Shown: positions 27,901 through 39,389 of the stretch, piece by piece
Numbering within the stretch: the stretch's first letter is position 1
How the letters are laid out: each line of letters begins with the position of its first letter
Assembly (NCBI GenBank): GCA_038496445.1
Contig: JALMLS010000303.1
Location: forward strand, 1 to 64,000
DNA: 64,000 nt
Direction of reading: 5' to 3'
Origin: Trichosphaerium sp. ATCC 40318
Taxonomy: Eukaryota; Protista; Tubulinea
Translations under genes and position numbers: made by a program
Notes under the pieces: generated by a model
What the model saw: only the letters and a program-made list of their open reading frames with translations
The model's database searches: none
What the model was told of the DNA's origin: nothing

Positions 27901-28391
27901 GCAGTAGTAGCTTTGGAAACTCGTCTGGTATATTTGATGGCTCTTCTTTTGGTAGCTCTCGAGGATGGGGTAGCAGAACAGGTGAGCTTGTTATCCTTGC
28001 AAGTTTCTTTCTTTTACAAGTGTCTTTCTCTCTACAAAGTTATTTTGATGGAGGGACCATGTAGCACACTTGTCGTTTAGTGTCAACTAATATTTTTTTT
28101 CTGCTAGGTTTCGGTAATAATAGTAGCTCTAGTGGCTTTGGTAGCACCAGTAGTGGCTTTGGTAATACTTCTGGAAGCTTTGGAAGTAATCAAGGAACTG
28201 GCTTTGGCAGCTTATCAGGCTTCGGTGTCAGTGATAACATCAACCAGGCTGATAAAGAAAAAGAACCATCAAGTAAGGAAAAAGAGGGTGATTTTGAAGG
28301 ATGGTCGGGTTGTGATCCATTTGCAGAGATAGAAAAGAGTAAAAGAGATAACGATGAAGGCACAGGAAAGAGGAAAAGAAAGGAGATGTAG
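24924..28391 (+). CDS. Nucleoporin-like chimera: putative beta-propeller, coiled coil, KCTD-type BTB/POZ, Nup98-type GLEBS, FG repeats; multi-exon
   Basis: VVLNVGGRR-FETTKSTLTRYPHSMLGAMFSG...FIDRSPERF..ILNYLRDG (BTB); QSISFSPQFNTKSHEELRWQDYQ (GLEBS); SGFG/SSFG repeats; basic KRKRK tail. Confidence 0.75.
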
Positions 28392-28721
28392 GAAGAAATA
28401 ACAAATAGTTCAGATGAAGAAAAAGAAGACAATGAACCCTAATCCCACATTAAAAAATTTGTTACTTTCAAAACAAACAATGATTTTTTTCTTTTTCGAC
28501 AATGCTATGAAATTACTCTGTGGCATAAATCCTTGAGAATAATCCATTCCATCAATTACAACACCTTCATTAATACCAAGGGTATCTTCTATTGAAACAG
28601 TCTAGTCATTTCATTGGGCATTGCTATCGATATGATTGTATTACACATAAAGATTTACAGACACAGATAACAAACAATTCAAGGCACTTTATGTGTAAAG
28701 TTAGTCGAAGTTGTTGTTCAT

Positions 28722-29297
28722 TCATAAAGTATGTTGTTTGTCATTGATAAAATAGCAATGGTCCTTCAGTTGACCATTTTCAAACCAACTCTTGTATTCT
28801 CCATGTCGTACGCCATTGACAAAGTAGTATTGCTCTTCCAATTGACCATTTTTGTACCAACATTTGTATTCTCCATCTTTTTCGTCATTAACAAAGTAAC
28901 ACAACTCATTCAATACCCCGTTCTTATGCCAAACTTTAAACTCTCCATCAAATCTACCATTAATGGAATAACACAGTTCGAATAATTGACCATTGTCATA
29001 CCAACTCTTGTACACTTCTCTCTGTTCTCCATTGTCACACGAAATCACGTGTTCTCCTTCTTCTCTTTTATCATCTTTGATAATGTAGAAATGCTTATTT
29101 ATTTGTCCATTGTCATACCAATACTTGAACCCTTCTTGTTTACCATGTTTCCACTCGAACTGGCACTTTATTCTGTTCAAACAAGTTCTACGTTGCCATT
29201 TTCTGTGCTTTTTAATGTCATTATCAAATCTCGTGGTAGTTGCCGTATATTTCGATAAAACAGGCCACTTGTAATATACTTCTGAGTCTAAATCCAT
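28722..29297 (-). CDS. MORN-variant (YwqK-like) repeat protein; F-box-like segment upstream lacks an in-frame start
   Basis: GEYKxWYxNGQL repeats. The in-frame upstream sequence reads RLLHLPLELQLDIM, but a TAG precedes it with no ATG. Confidence 0.75.
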   Translation of the reverse strand: MDLDSEVYYKWPVLSKYTATTTRFDNDIKKHRKWQRRTCLNRIKCQFEWKHGKQEGFKYWYDNGQINKHFYIIKDDKREEGEHVISCDNGEQREVYKSWYDNGQLFELCYSINGRFDGEFKVWHKNGVLNELCYFVNDEKDGEYKCWYKNGQLEEQYYFVNGVRHGEYKSWFENGQLKDHCYFINDKQHTL

Positions 29298-29701
29298 TAT
29301 ATCTAGCTGAAGCTCTAGTGGTAGATGTAACAGACGTCTGTTACACTCATTTCTGGCTGCGCCTATCTATTTCGTACATTACAGGCTACAATGGTGTGTA
29401 TTTAAGATACCTTTCTGTGTTTTGCCATTTTGATGTTGACTAGGCTTTTAGTAATAGATTACTGGTAATGTGGCAAATAAGTTAGCTTGATGACTCAACA
29501 TGACTTTTCTTTTCATTGATTGTAAAATGTGTCTACAGATTACAATCGACAGAAAAAATGAGATTGCAAATGGTATGATATTTGGCAATCCAAAATAACT
29601 AAAAGGTTTGATGTTTTCAACAACTTGCCAAACAGCTCAAATTATTTTCGAAATAAAACTGTCTTAGACTTAGCCTAAACTAAAGAAAAAGACATTTTCA
29701 T

Positions 29702-30918
29702 TTATTTTTTTTTCTTTTTCTGTTCTTGTTGTTTTCGTTGTATCTCTTCAATAAGAAATAATTCCAAGTCCTTATGCTTGTTTCTTCGTGCAATATCTAG
29801 TGCTGTAGCATTATTCAAATAACCAATACCAACAGACAGATCAGCTTTTAACAAAAAATTAGTACTAGCACATTGTTCTGCTATACAAAAAAGGAGTTGT
29901 TTTGTCACCTTCAGGGAAAAGTTGAATGAGCAATTTGACAACATTTAAGTGTCCCTGAATACATGCCCACATTATGGGAGTTCCACCTCGGTCAGTAGGA
30001 GCAGCTATATTCTTTACAGACATCAGTATTCATTCAGAAAACACCTGCATTGGAAAAACGATGCTTACCAGAAAAGGATCAGTAGGATACTCATCGTTAA
30101 ACGTTGAAGGAAAGTAAACACGATTCTCCTCAGAATACTCTTAAGAGGTTATTAGATGCAACAAATGAAGCTTCTTAAAGTACCTATACCAGCCCAATAG
30201 AACGTTGAATAATTGCCTAGAAAATTATCAAAAACTCAAGTCAGAATCATTACGAATACCATAGTACGCCCAATCTGTGTAACAATAAAGCGTGTTTATA
30301 TCATGATAAGAATCACATGATCTATCAGTGATATTACTTTGGTTTAAGTATTTTATTTCACCTACACGTGCGAGGTGAACATGAATTTTTTTTAAACCCA
30401 AAATAAGAGCTTTAATGAGTACCTCGATAGCAATGCCCAATGAAATGAGAAGCTGAGTTCAATGCACCATTCACTACAACAAACAAAAGTCAAAAATGAA
30501 AAAAAAAAAAGAACAAAGAGGTGTCTCGCACTTGTATGTGGGACTTGACGTTTGTGACTTTCTAGAATGCGACCCTTTAAGGATTTATAAGTAATGGGCT
30601 GTATTTCAGACGTTTACCGGCAAGTTGAGGACAACATCCTTGTATTTCTCTAAAGGACTCGATCCAATCGCTTCAGACTGTGTTTTTGAACTGAAATCGC
30701 ATAGAAACAACGTCTGCCAAAGCTAGTACCAGAGTTAAATCGTATTGTTGTTAAGGTAAATACCTGCGTGTCTAAAGCGATACAACTCCATCTATGGCAC
30801 GTCAACATACATGAGAAAAGATCTTCAACGTCCATGAATGCGAATATTGCAATGACCGTCTAAACTTCATTAAAAATGATATAAACGCGTATTATACCTC
30901 GTCGGGTAGCTGTTGCAT
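29702..30918 (-). CDS. F-box + ankyrin-repeat protein; multi-exon
   Basis: MQQLPDE-TVIAIFAFMDVEDLFSCMLTCHRWSCIALD (F-box). GGTPIMWACIQGHLNVVKLL and ATALDIARRNKH (ankyrin) are joined by a GT-AG intron. Confidence 0.8.
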
Positions 30919-31137
30919 GTGTTATCACTGCTAATGTTATGATCTTAATTAAAGTCTTCTCGTTAGCAAGTTTTTCGCGTAACCTTCGCTAGATCCTTTT
31001 ATTCCTGTCGTTCGCGTGCACAGCGTTAAAGTTAAACAAGGTTAAATGGATATAAGACTTTTTCATGCACTTGATAAATCACGTGCTTCTATTTTCTGAG
31101 AGAATATTGCGCACACCTTGTTTAACAGCATTGTCCA

Positions 31138-32400
31138 ATGTCTACTGCTAAATACAACATGCTTCCCAGTTTCACGAATTGTAGTTCAAACCTATGCAGC
31201 ACTAGCTCTATATTCGAGCTAACTGCACTTCCCATTGAGATAATCGTCCATATCTTAAAACGTGGGATAATTACAATCCCTACAGCTCAAACATGTCGTT
31301 TATTACGAGATATAGTCCATAATCATGTTGGATACAATGAACTAATTATTAACAGCACAACCATGTTGTCAATGCTCGCTGCCAGCCCTATTCTTCGAAA
31401 TACACGAATTGATTTGAAAGGCATTCGAAGAACTCTGACAGATAGTCACTTACGCCTACTTTCAGGTGTTCACACTATTGACATAAATTGTTGTAGGAAT
31501 ATAACAGATAAGGGTATCAAAGTGTTGTTAGGAGTACATGAGATTGATTTATCAAATACAAGGGTAACAGATGAAGGTTTGAAGGCATTGGCAGGTGTAC
31601 ACACTATAAGTCTTAGATGGTGCAAAGGAATTACAGATAAGGGCATCAAGGCATTGGTAGGCGTACATCACATTGATTTAGGATACACAAAAGTTACATC
31701 TGAATGTGTTAAGGCATTTGCAGGCATACCTAACATCAGCTTGGAGTATTGTGATATAGCAGATGATTGCTTAAAGGCATTAGCAGGCGTTCACACAATA
31801 AATTTGAGTCAGTGTTCATATATAACAGATGAAGGCATCTCAGCATTGGCTGGTGTACATTACATTGATTTATCTTACACAAATGTACAAGATGCAGGTT
31901 TGAAGGCGTTGGCTGGTGTACACACAATCAACTTGGATAGTTGTGAGTCAATAACAGACTCAGGTATCAAAGCGTTGGCTGGTGCACATGGCATTGATTT
32001 ATCGGCTACGAATGTGACAGATGAAGGTTTAAAGGAATTGTTTGGTGTACATACCATCGTATTAGATAGTTGTATTAGAATAACAGACATGGGCATCCAC
32101 AAGTTGGCAGGTGTACACACTATCAACCTCAATTTTTGTGGTCAACTAACGGACTTGGGCTTCAAAGCATTGGCTGGTGCACATGACATAGATTTATCTT
32201 ATACAAAAGTGACTGATGAAGGTATCAAGGCATTATCTGGAGCTCACAGAATCAGTTTGTTTCATTGTAAAGAAATAACAGATGAGGGCGCTATAGCATT
32301 GGCAGGTGTACACGAAATCGATTTGAGACATGCAAACATAACAGTTGGTACTGTGGAGACATTACTTGATAGAGTACACACTGTTAAATACTCTAAGTAG
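31138..32400 (+). CDS. Intronless F-box-like + LRR (VHT-type) protein, 420 aa
   Basis: LTALPIEIIVHIL...TCRLLRDIVHNHVGY, shared with 23391; about 14 LAGVH-type repeats. Confidence 0.88.
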   Translation: MSTAKYNMLPSFTNCSSNLCSTSSIFELTALPIEIIVHILKRGIITIPTAQTCRLLRDIVHNHVGYNELIINSTTMLSMLAASPILRNTRIDLKGIRRTLTDSHLRLLSGVHTIDINCCRNITDKGIKVLLGVHEIDLSNTRVTDEGLKALAGVHTISLRWCKGITDKGIKALVGVHHIDLGYTKVTSECVKAFAGIPNISLEYCDIADDCLKALAGVHTINLSQCSYITDEGISALAGVHYIDLSYTNVQDAGLKALAGVHTINLDSCESITDSGIKALAGAHGIDLSATNVTDEGLKELFGVHTIVLDSCIRITDMGIHKLAGVHTINLNFCGQLTDLGFKALAGAHDIDLSYTKVTDEGIKALSGAHRISLFHCKEITDEGAIALAGVHEIDLRHANITVGTVETLLDRVHTVKYSK

Positions 32401-32779
32401 AGCTGTGAGTCTGATTCCAGCACAACGGAAATTTGTTCGAGTACAAGTTAGATGTTTCAAACTTTTAATTGCCAAACAATCCTAAGTTCAGCTACACAAC
32501 TAGCGAGCATGTAACAAGCTTTTAATTATACTGTATTATGGTGCGACCTTAATAAAAAATATTAAAGGTTTTATCTAAATGTTAAAGCTTACATTGTTCA
32601 AATCCTATACATTTTTTCCCCTAACCCACAGAAACGCCTTGAATGTCATTTCGCTTATAAAACAGTACTTGCAAGGGCGGGGGAAAACCAACGAAGAATG
32701 AACAATTTGAAGTGTAAAACGTTTCGAGTCTTTAAAACAAGACTGAAATTCAATTTATTTCTATTCGGAACTCTACAAA

Positions 32780-33547
32780 ATGACATCGTCTGCCAACTGC
32801 CTTGTAGACATTAATAAGTATCTTACAGCTTTACAAGGCCAGCAAATGGAAATCCAAGCGTATTTGGATGCTGTGCATTCGGATCAAGAAGTCATTACTG
32901 AGAACTTTAATGCAATCTCTAAGCGCTATCGCAGCTCTTTGGCTACTCTAAATTGTTTATGGAAAGACAACTGTGATTTACGTGCTTCCCTAGGTGCGCA
33001 TTTCTACTTAACACGTACAAACAGGCTTTCCTACGTGATTTTAGCATTTGAGAGGAGAGCAAAAAACCACAAGCAGGATCCACTACGCGAAAATCAAATC
33101 AGCATTAAAAACACGAGGAAGTTGGCTAGCAGTGACACAGAAGATTGGGTGCAGTGTATCAGCGAACACGTAAGCGCGGAATTACACAACAATCAGAATA
33201 ATAAAGCTGAAAAAGCTCAAAGGGCGCGTACAACGTTAACCGTTGGGTTCTAAAGCGTTCCAGGTTCTATTGGAAGAAAACAGACGTATCAGCTCAGACT
33301 TGGAATATGCCAACAAACTGCTTATTAGCGCATGCTGTAAACTTAGGCGGTGCGTCTACAATAACTTGTTTAGTCTAAAGTGCACCACAGTGAAAAAATG
33401 CGTCAAAACGCGCTAAGAAAGTTGCCATGCACACTGCAATTAGTAGAGTCATCGCCTCGTGCACTGGAAACATCCAATAATAAAAAAATACAGTGGCGGC
33501 CGGAAACAACAACAGAACTTGTAAATGGCGACATTATTTTACTGTAA
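32780..33547 (+). CDS. Small coiled-coil protein of unknown function; multi-exon
   Basis: Heptad-like ORF from ATG 32780 with plausible GT-AG introns; 3' end uncertain. Confidence 0.45.
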
Positions 33548-33782
33548 CAGGCTACCATGCCTTTTTCGTCCATAAAACGCACGTTGCTCTCCATTGATCT
33601 TTATAAGGGGTCTTATTCGTGTTTGAAAAATCACGTGATTTTTCTTTGGTAAGAAGGCTGTTTTTGGATTTTTCTGTGCCTCTTTTACAATGTATGTATT
33701 GGCGTCCACCTTAACTTGAAGTGGAGCAATGTGAACCTAACTTGTTACAAATTCACTTCCAAATGCCTACATTGCCGCTGAA

Positions 33783-36700
33783 ATGAAGAAACATAAGGCA
33801 AGCTCAGCCAAGGGTAAGGATGGCGAGGGGGTGTACAGGGAGAATGGCGAAATTATGGGTATATCGCTTGTAAAGCTTATAGAATTAATGACATCAGCTG
33901 AGAGTCATGGTAATGTTTTAATACCTTTATTTCGTGTGGGTGTCGGGTTGTTAATCAAATAATTATAGATAGTGGTCTTATATTTGATGTTTTATTAACG
34001 TACAGATCTTTTACAAAGAGTAATGACCTTTTGGATGCATTAATCAAAAGGTAATCTTTAATGCGCCTTCCTAAGCTTTTTATTTCTTGAATTGGTTGTA
34101 TATGTGCTCACGTGATTGTAGATTTAATACGTACGCCAAGAAGAAGGATAAAATCAGCACAGTTGTTTGTCTTAAGTACGCAATAATTTATACAGCACGT
34201 GTCACGTTTTAATAGTATAGACATGCTATAGTTTTAATACGACGGCTGAAAGGCAACTACAGAAAAAAAAATCCAATATTATTTTTTTTTTGTTGGTTTA
34301 GAATAGCTTATACGCTCAGGCTACAGCTAGAACTTTTGTTGGAAAAATTGATAGCTAAAACTGTTGCCGCTTTTTTAATCGAAACGCTGTTTTTAGTTTT
34401 TGGTCTATTATGTACAAACACACTTAGTTTTGTAGTTCTAATGTGTCCGTTAGGGTATTTAATACGCTCCGACAATGGATGAATTGTTTCACTTTTGACT
34501 TTACAAATGATAATGATGGAAGCGAAGTAAGTGTTGTTGAACTACCATAATAATACCTATCTTGAGCAATTGTTTAACTGTATATTTTTTTATTGGTAGC
34601 TTACTAAATTGCTGTCCGACTTTTTGGATACAACTGCAAAGAAGAGTAGATTTGAATCAGTAAGTTATACTTAAATATGTTTTGGTATTAATTGGTCGTT
34701 TAGACAGCAACAAAACTGGGCGAGACACTAAAGACGAAGGTAATTTTCTTTAAATCAGTTTAACAATCCGCTCATCACGCCCTTCAAAGATGGAACAAGG
34801 CTCTCAATTACAAATGAGACTCACCGTAGTAGACAGGCCACCGCCGATAGTACCTAAAGAAAATTGGACAAGTTGGCTTGATTTTGATCCTTTAGAGATC
34901 GCAAGGCAACTAACGCTTATCGACTACGATCTGTACAAGTAAGTTTTTTTTTTCCAAGCGAAACGATTCCACTGCTTTTTTTAGAAATTTGTCACGTGAT
35001 ATAAATACAAAATTTACCGGGGTTTTTTCGGTTTAGGCGTATACAACCATGGGAGCTTCTACAAAAAAATTGGACGGAAAAAGATAAGGACAAATTAAGG
35101 TATTTTACTCCCTTTAATGCGTTTGGTTTACCCGAGTAATTTTTCTTTATAGCCCAAGCGTTACACGCAGTATTCATTTTTTTAATGCCCTATCGAACTG
35201 GGTAAAGACATCTATATGTTTTACATGTAGAAAGAGAGATAGGATAAAAAACATGACAAGGTTTATAGATATTGCAATTGTGCGTTTATTGTTGAGTAAA
35301 AATTTAGCTAACAAAAAAACTGCCTTTCTGATCAAAAAAAAAGTTCTTGGGTACTTAGACTAACTTCCTTCTAGCACTGTGAGACTTTAAAGAATTATAA
35401 CTCACTGTTTGCTATTTATGGTGCGCTTGGAAGTGCGCCTGTACATCGACTTAAGCTTACGTTTCAGGTAAGAGATCTATCGATTTAAGAATTTAAAACG
35501 AAGTTAGAAGATTTTTTTCTTCAGTTAATTTTTCGCTTAGGGCCTTAAAAATAGTCACAGTACATGGCATGAGCGTATAAATAAAATGACATTTAATAAT
35601 AGAAGAGATCTTCGTCGAATAATAAACACTCTAAACCCTCCTTGTGTACCATATTTAGGTTCGTTCACTTTTTTTTTTTGCCATTTCTTTTCATATTTAT
35701 TTTTTGCTCTGCATCTATTCATATCAAATAAAAATGCGTCCATGGCTTTGATTATCATCCAAATATATTGATTATTCAAATAGGGATGTATTTGACCGAC
35801 CTCACATTTGCCGAAGATGGAAACCCTGACGAAGTAGAAAACCTTATTAATTTTAAAAAAAGACGATTGGTTGCACAATCAATACGATCTGTAATGCAGC
35901 ATCAACAACAACCTTATTGCTTCCACGAAGTATCAGAAATCAAAATGGACTTGATAAAGAAACTAAACCTTTTTGAGGCACGCGACGATCAAAAACAGAA
36001 TTTATTTGGTTTTTTCTTTGAAACATTTATTCGCGTTACTGTTATTCGTTAATTTAACAATAGAATGTAACGGGCGACACCTTGTATAAATGCTCGTTGT
36101 ATCAAGAACCACGTGAAGGTCAAGAACCAATGGAAAAGCCAGAAGAAATCACTGACTTTGAGGTAATGAATCATCTTCCAACACAAAAACAAAAAAAATT
36201 TCGTTATTTTTAACCTTATTCATAGAACAAATACACAGTTTTGGAGAAGCCAACGATTGCAACATCGTTAGGTATATCACAACCTAAGAGACGTGCTTCA
36301 ACACGAGGAAATAGTTCGTAAGTGTACAAATGATTTCAGTTTTTGTGTAAACTGTTCTTTTTAGAAAGATAGTCAATCCACGTGCTTCAAAATACGGCAC
36401 TGCACGCCCTAAAATAGTTGCCTCTACACAAGAAAAAGCAAGGCCAAGGGCGTGGTCAAGGCATTTAACAAAGAGGATTCATAGAACATTAAGAAATACA
36501 AACAAAGACCCAGCAGCCACGAAAGCCAAACGAAGAGTATCAGACAGTACGTAATGTTTTAGTTCTTTAGATTTTTTTGAATTAATCCCAACACGTGATT
36601 TTTTATTGAAACGAACCAAAAGAACCCGAAAAATTCAAACCTTAGAAACATTCGTGTTCATTTGAGTTCTGTCTTTGTTTCTAATTTTATGAGCACTTGG

Positions 36701-38169
36701 TGTATTTTCGCTAATACATAGCGTTAGAAAAACCCAATAGACCAAGAAGAAAAGGTACAGGTAGACGTGTAACAAGATTGGACGACCCAAGATCTAGAGG
36801 AGATCGTCAAAATCTTCGTAATACTGTTATGGCTGATGGAAGGGAAGAAAGGCGTTCTTCTAGTACAAGACCAAATACAAGACCAGTGTTAACAAGAACA
36901 AGAAGAAAAGCAAAAGTTACAGATATACCTCAAAGGTCAGCAACAGTACAGTGTCTAAGCCCAGAACATAACGATACTGAGATTAAAGTAAAAGTACATA
37001 ACTTGACAGAGGCTGCACAACAAATAGAGGAGAATATTAAACCTGACGCAAGTGAATGGGGAGTTAAAAAGGACACATCACGTACGTTGAAACAAAATAC
37101 TTAACAGCATAAAAAGTCTTTCAAAAAATCCTATATTTCCACTCCAAAAGACATCACATGCTATTTTACGTACCCTATATTTTCGTTACCAATAGAAGCT
37201 ACTATTTACTTTATAAATATTGTAAATTTGGTCTTCGCTATTACGATAGTAGTGGCTTAAGGGTTCTTAAATCATTCATATCTTGAAACTGTTTTTGGAA
37301 GGAAATATTTTTTTGACCTACTCAGTTTTCACTGTCAGGGCTACAAATTATTAACTTTTATTTCTGTACATGATTCTAATATATTATTTAGTATCTGTTC
37401 GTAAGAGACGTATGTCTTTGACTTCTAGAAAACCCGTCAGGTATTTTGTTCTTTCGATCACTTGTGTTAGTTATACTAAAGGTTTTGGTTGCTTAGGCAA
37501 AACTTAAACGCTCCAATGTTGAAACCTATATCAAAGAGTTTACCAATGATAAGGGCAAATAGCCTTCCACATATAACTAAACAAGAAGAGAACGACCAAA
37601 CAGGATCTGAGGATGGTGAAAGTACAATAGGCTCTTCAGATTGTTACACTTCCGGATCTTCGTCATGTGATGAAAAACCTATTTTGGGATGCCCATCAAG
37701 CGAAGAAGGTGATAGCCTTGACGATGACAGCGATACATCTGGATCTTCAAGTTCGAAAGAAAAAGAAAAAGGAGCAGAACAGGCAGAAGAAGAAGTAGAA
37801 AAAGAAGAGGAAACGAAAAACAAGAAAGTTTCACCAAAAATGAAAAAAAAGGAAAAGAAAGAACAAAAGTCATCAACAAAAAAGACAGAAGCAAAAGAAG
37901 TACAGCCAACTAAGTCGATTGTTACTATTACAAACATATCAAAGCCACATCCACCTCCTTACCCGCCACCACATATCAGAAAAATATTAGAAACAGGAGA
38001 ACTAGCTTCACGTGTTGATAAACGAAGTGACAACAGGAATAGTGATGTATCAGGCTCAGGAGATGGAAAAACATCTGATAAAGCATCAGATGCTGATTCT
38101 AAGGTAGAACAAACAGAAGCAGGCGTTGATGGAACTTCTACCTTGGGTATTCTTGTTTCAGCGAATTGA
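33783..38169 (+). CDS. RasGEF (REM + CDC25 domain) with long low-complexity C-terminus; multi-exon
   Basis: [77 protein letters not shown]. Confidence 0.9.
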
Positions 38170-38479
38170 TTAACTCCTCCGAGATCCGAGAGGAGAGGAA
38201 GGATGTTAGAACTCAGATTTTTTTTTCTGCTTCTATTTTTTTTTGTTTAGATCCTTGTTTATGTCATTGAAGTACCTTTACCAACTTGTAAATTTAAAAC
38301 TGTTATCCAGGTTAGTCTCAAGTTCTATTTTTGCAGAATCTGCTGTCTGTTAAAACAGTTCTTTGCAGCATAAACGAAGTCAAGTCGGTTTTTTTACGAC
38401 GCCGAAATAAATACAGCAGCGCTTATCCAAAAATAATTCAAAAACCTGAAAGAAACGTCCAGTGCGAAGTTTGTTGTAT

Positions 38480-38640
38480 GTTAAAGTTTAAGTGCTTGCT
38501 GGTGTTCATACTATTCATATTTATGATACTCCCGTGATAGATGAAGGTGTCAAAGTGCTTGCTGGTTATACTATTCAATTTTTGTGATACTTGGTCTCAG
38601 GTGTTCAAGTATTGAAAGGAGCCATAACATTAACCTGTAA
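38480..38640 (+). pseudogene. Decayed VHT-type LRR fragment
   Basis: aagtgcttgctggtgttcatactatt and gatgaaggtgtcaaagtgcttgctggt encode VLAGVHTI and DEGVKVLAG, with frameshifts. Confidence 0.55.
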
Positions 38641-39389
38641 ACAGAAACTTTCACGGTACTGCATACAGATTAGTGTTGTTAATGTCGACATTCAACTTGA
38701 CTTTTGAAAAAAATAAACAGCTCCTAACTAGAATAGGTATGGAGGTCCATCTTGCGGAGTTAATTAAATTATTTGTTGTGAAAAACCCAGTTGGATTGTT
38801 TTAGTTTTTTGAGTTTGTGTTGTATCCCGGATAGGTGCTCTGCGGGTTTATGTGAACTACTACCAGGCATCACGTGAAATAAGTCTTATGAGCATAGAAG
38901 CTAAAAAAGTATTTCACCACTCGTTTTAACACCATGGCTTGGCCATAGGACAATATAATTATGATCAAAACAGTAATTGCCATTGGTCGGATATCTGAAG
39001 TGACTTTAAACTACAAATCACAAATACTACTTCAAGTTTGCATTTTAAGAGCAGGAGGCCAAGTTACATTAGTCGAAACGGTTTTGAAGCGGAAAATATT
39101 TGTAGTTTTTCAAACTAGAAATCATATGAAATGCTGACAGTTAACTGAACTCTAGAAAGTCCCATTCAAAATATTACGTTGATATTAAATATTAACACGT
39201 GTCCTAAGCGCAAAATCAAATTTCCTTTTCACCGAAATCATCAAGTAAAGTGAGAAGTGAAGTGAGTGATGATTTTCTTGTAGTTTTCATTGAATCACAA
39301 AAAAGTTCGCGTCAACAAAATCCATAAAACAACATTACTCTCTCATACAAATCACGTGAACATCTTGAAAAGACGTATCTGGTTACAAA

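Noticed and set aside
28722-32400. Intact endogenous giant-virus insertion
   Set aside because: No viral hallmark genes (capsid, polB, packaging ATPase); virus-like genes are interspersed singly among spliced host genes.
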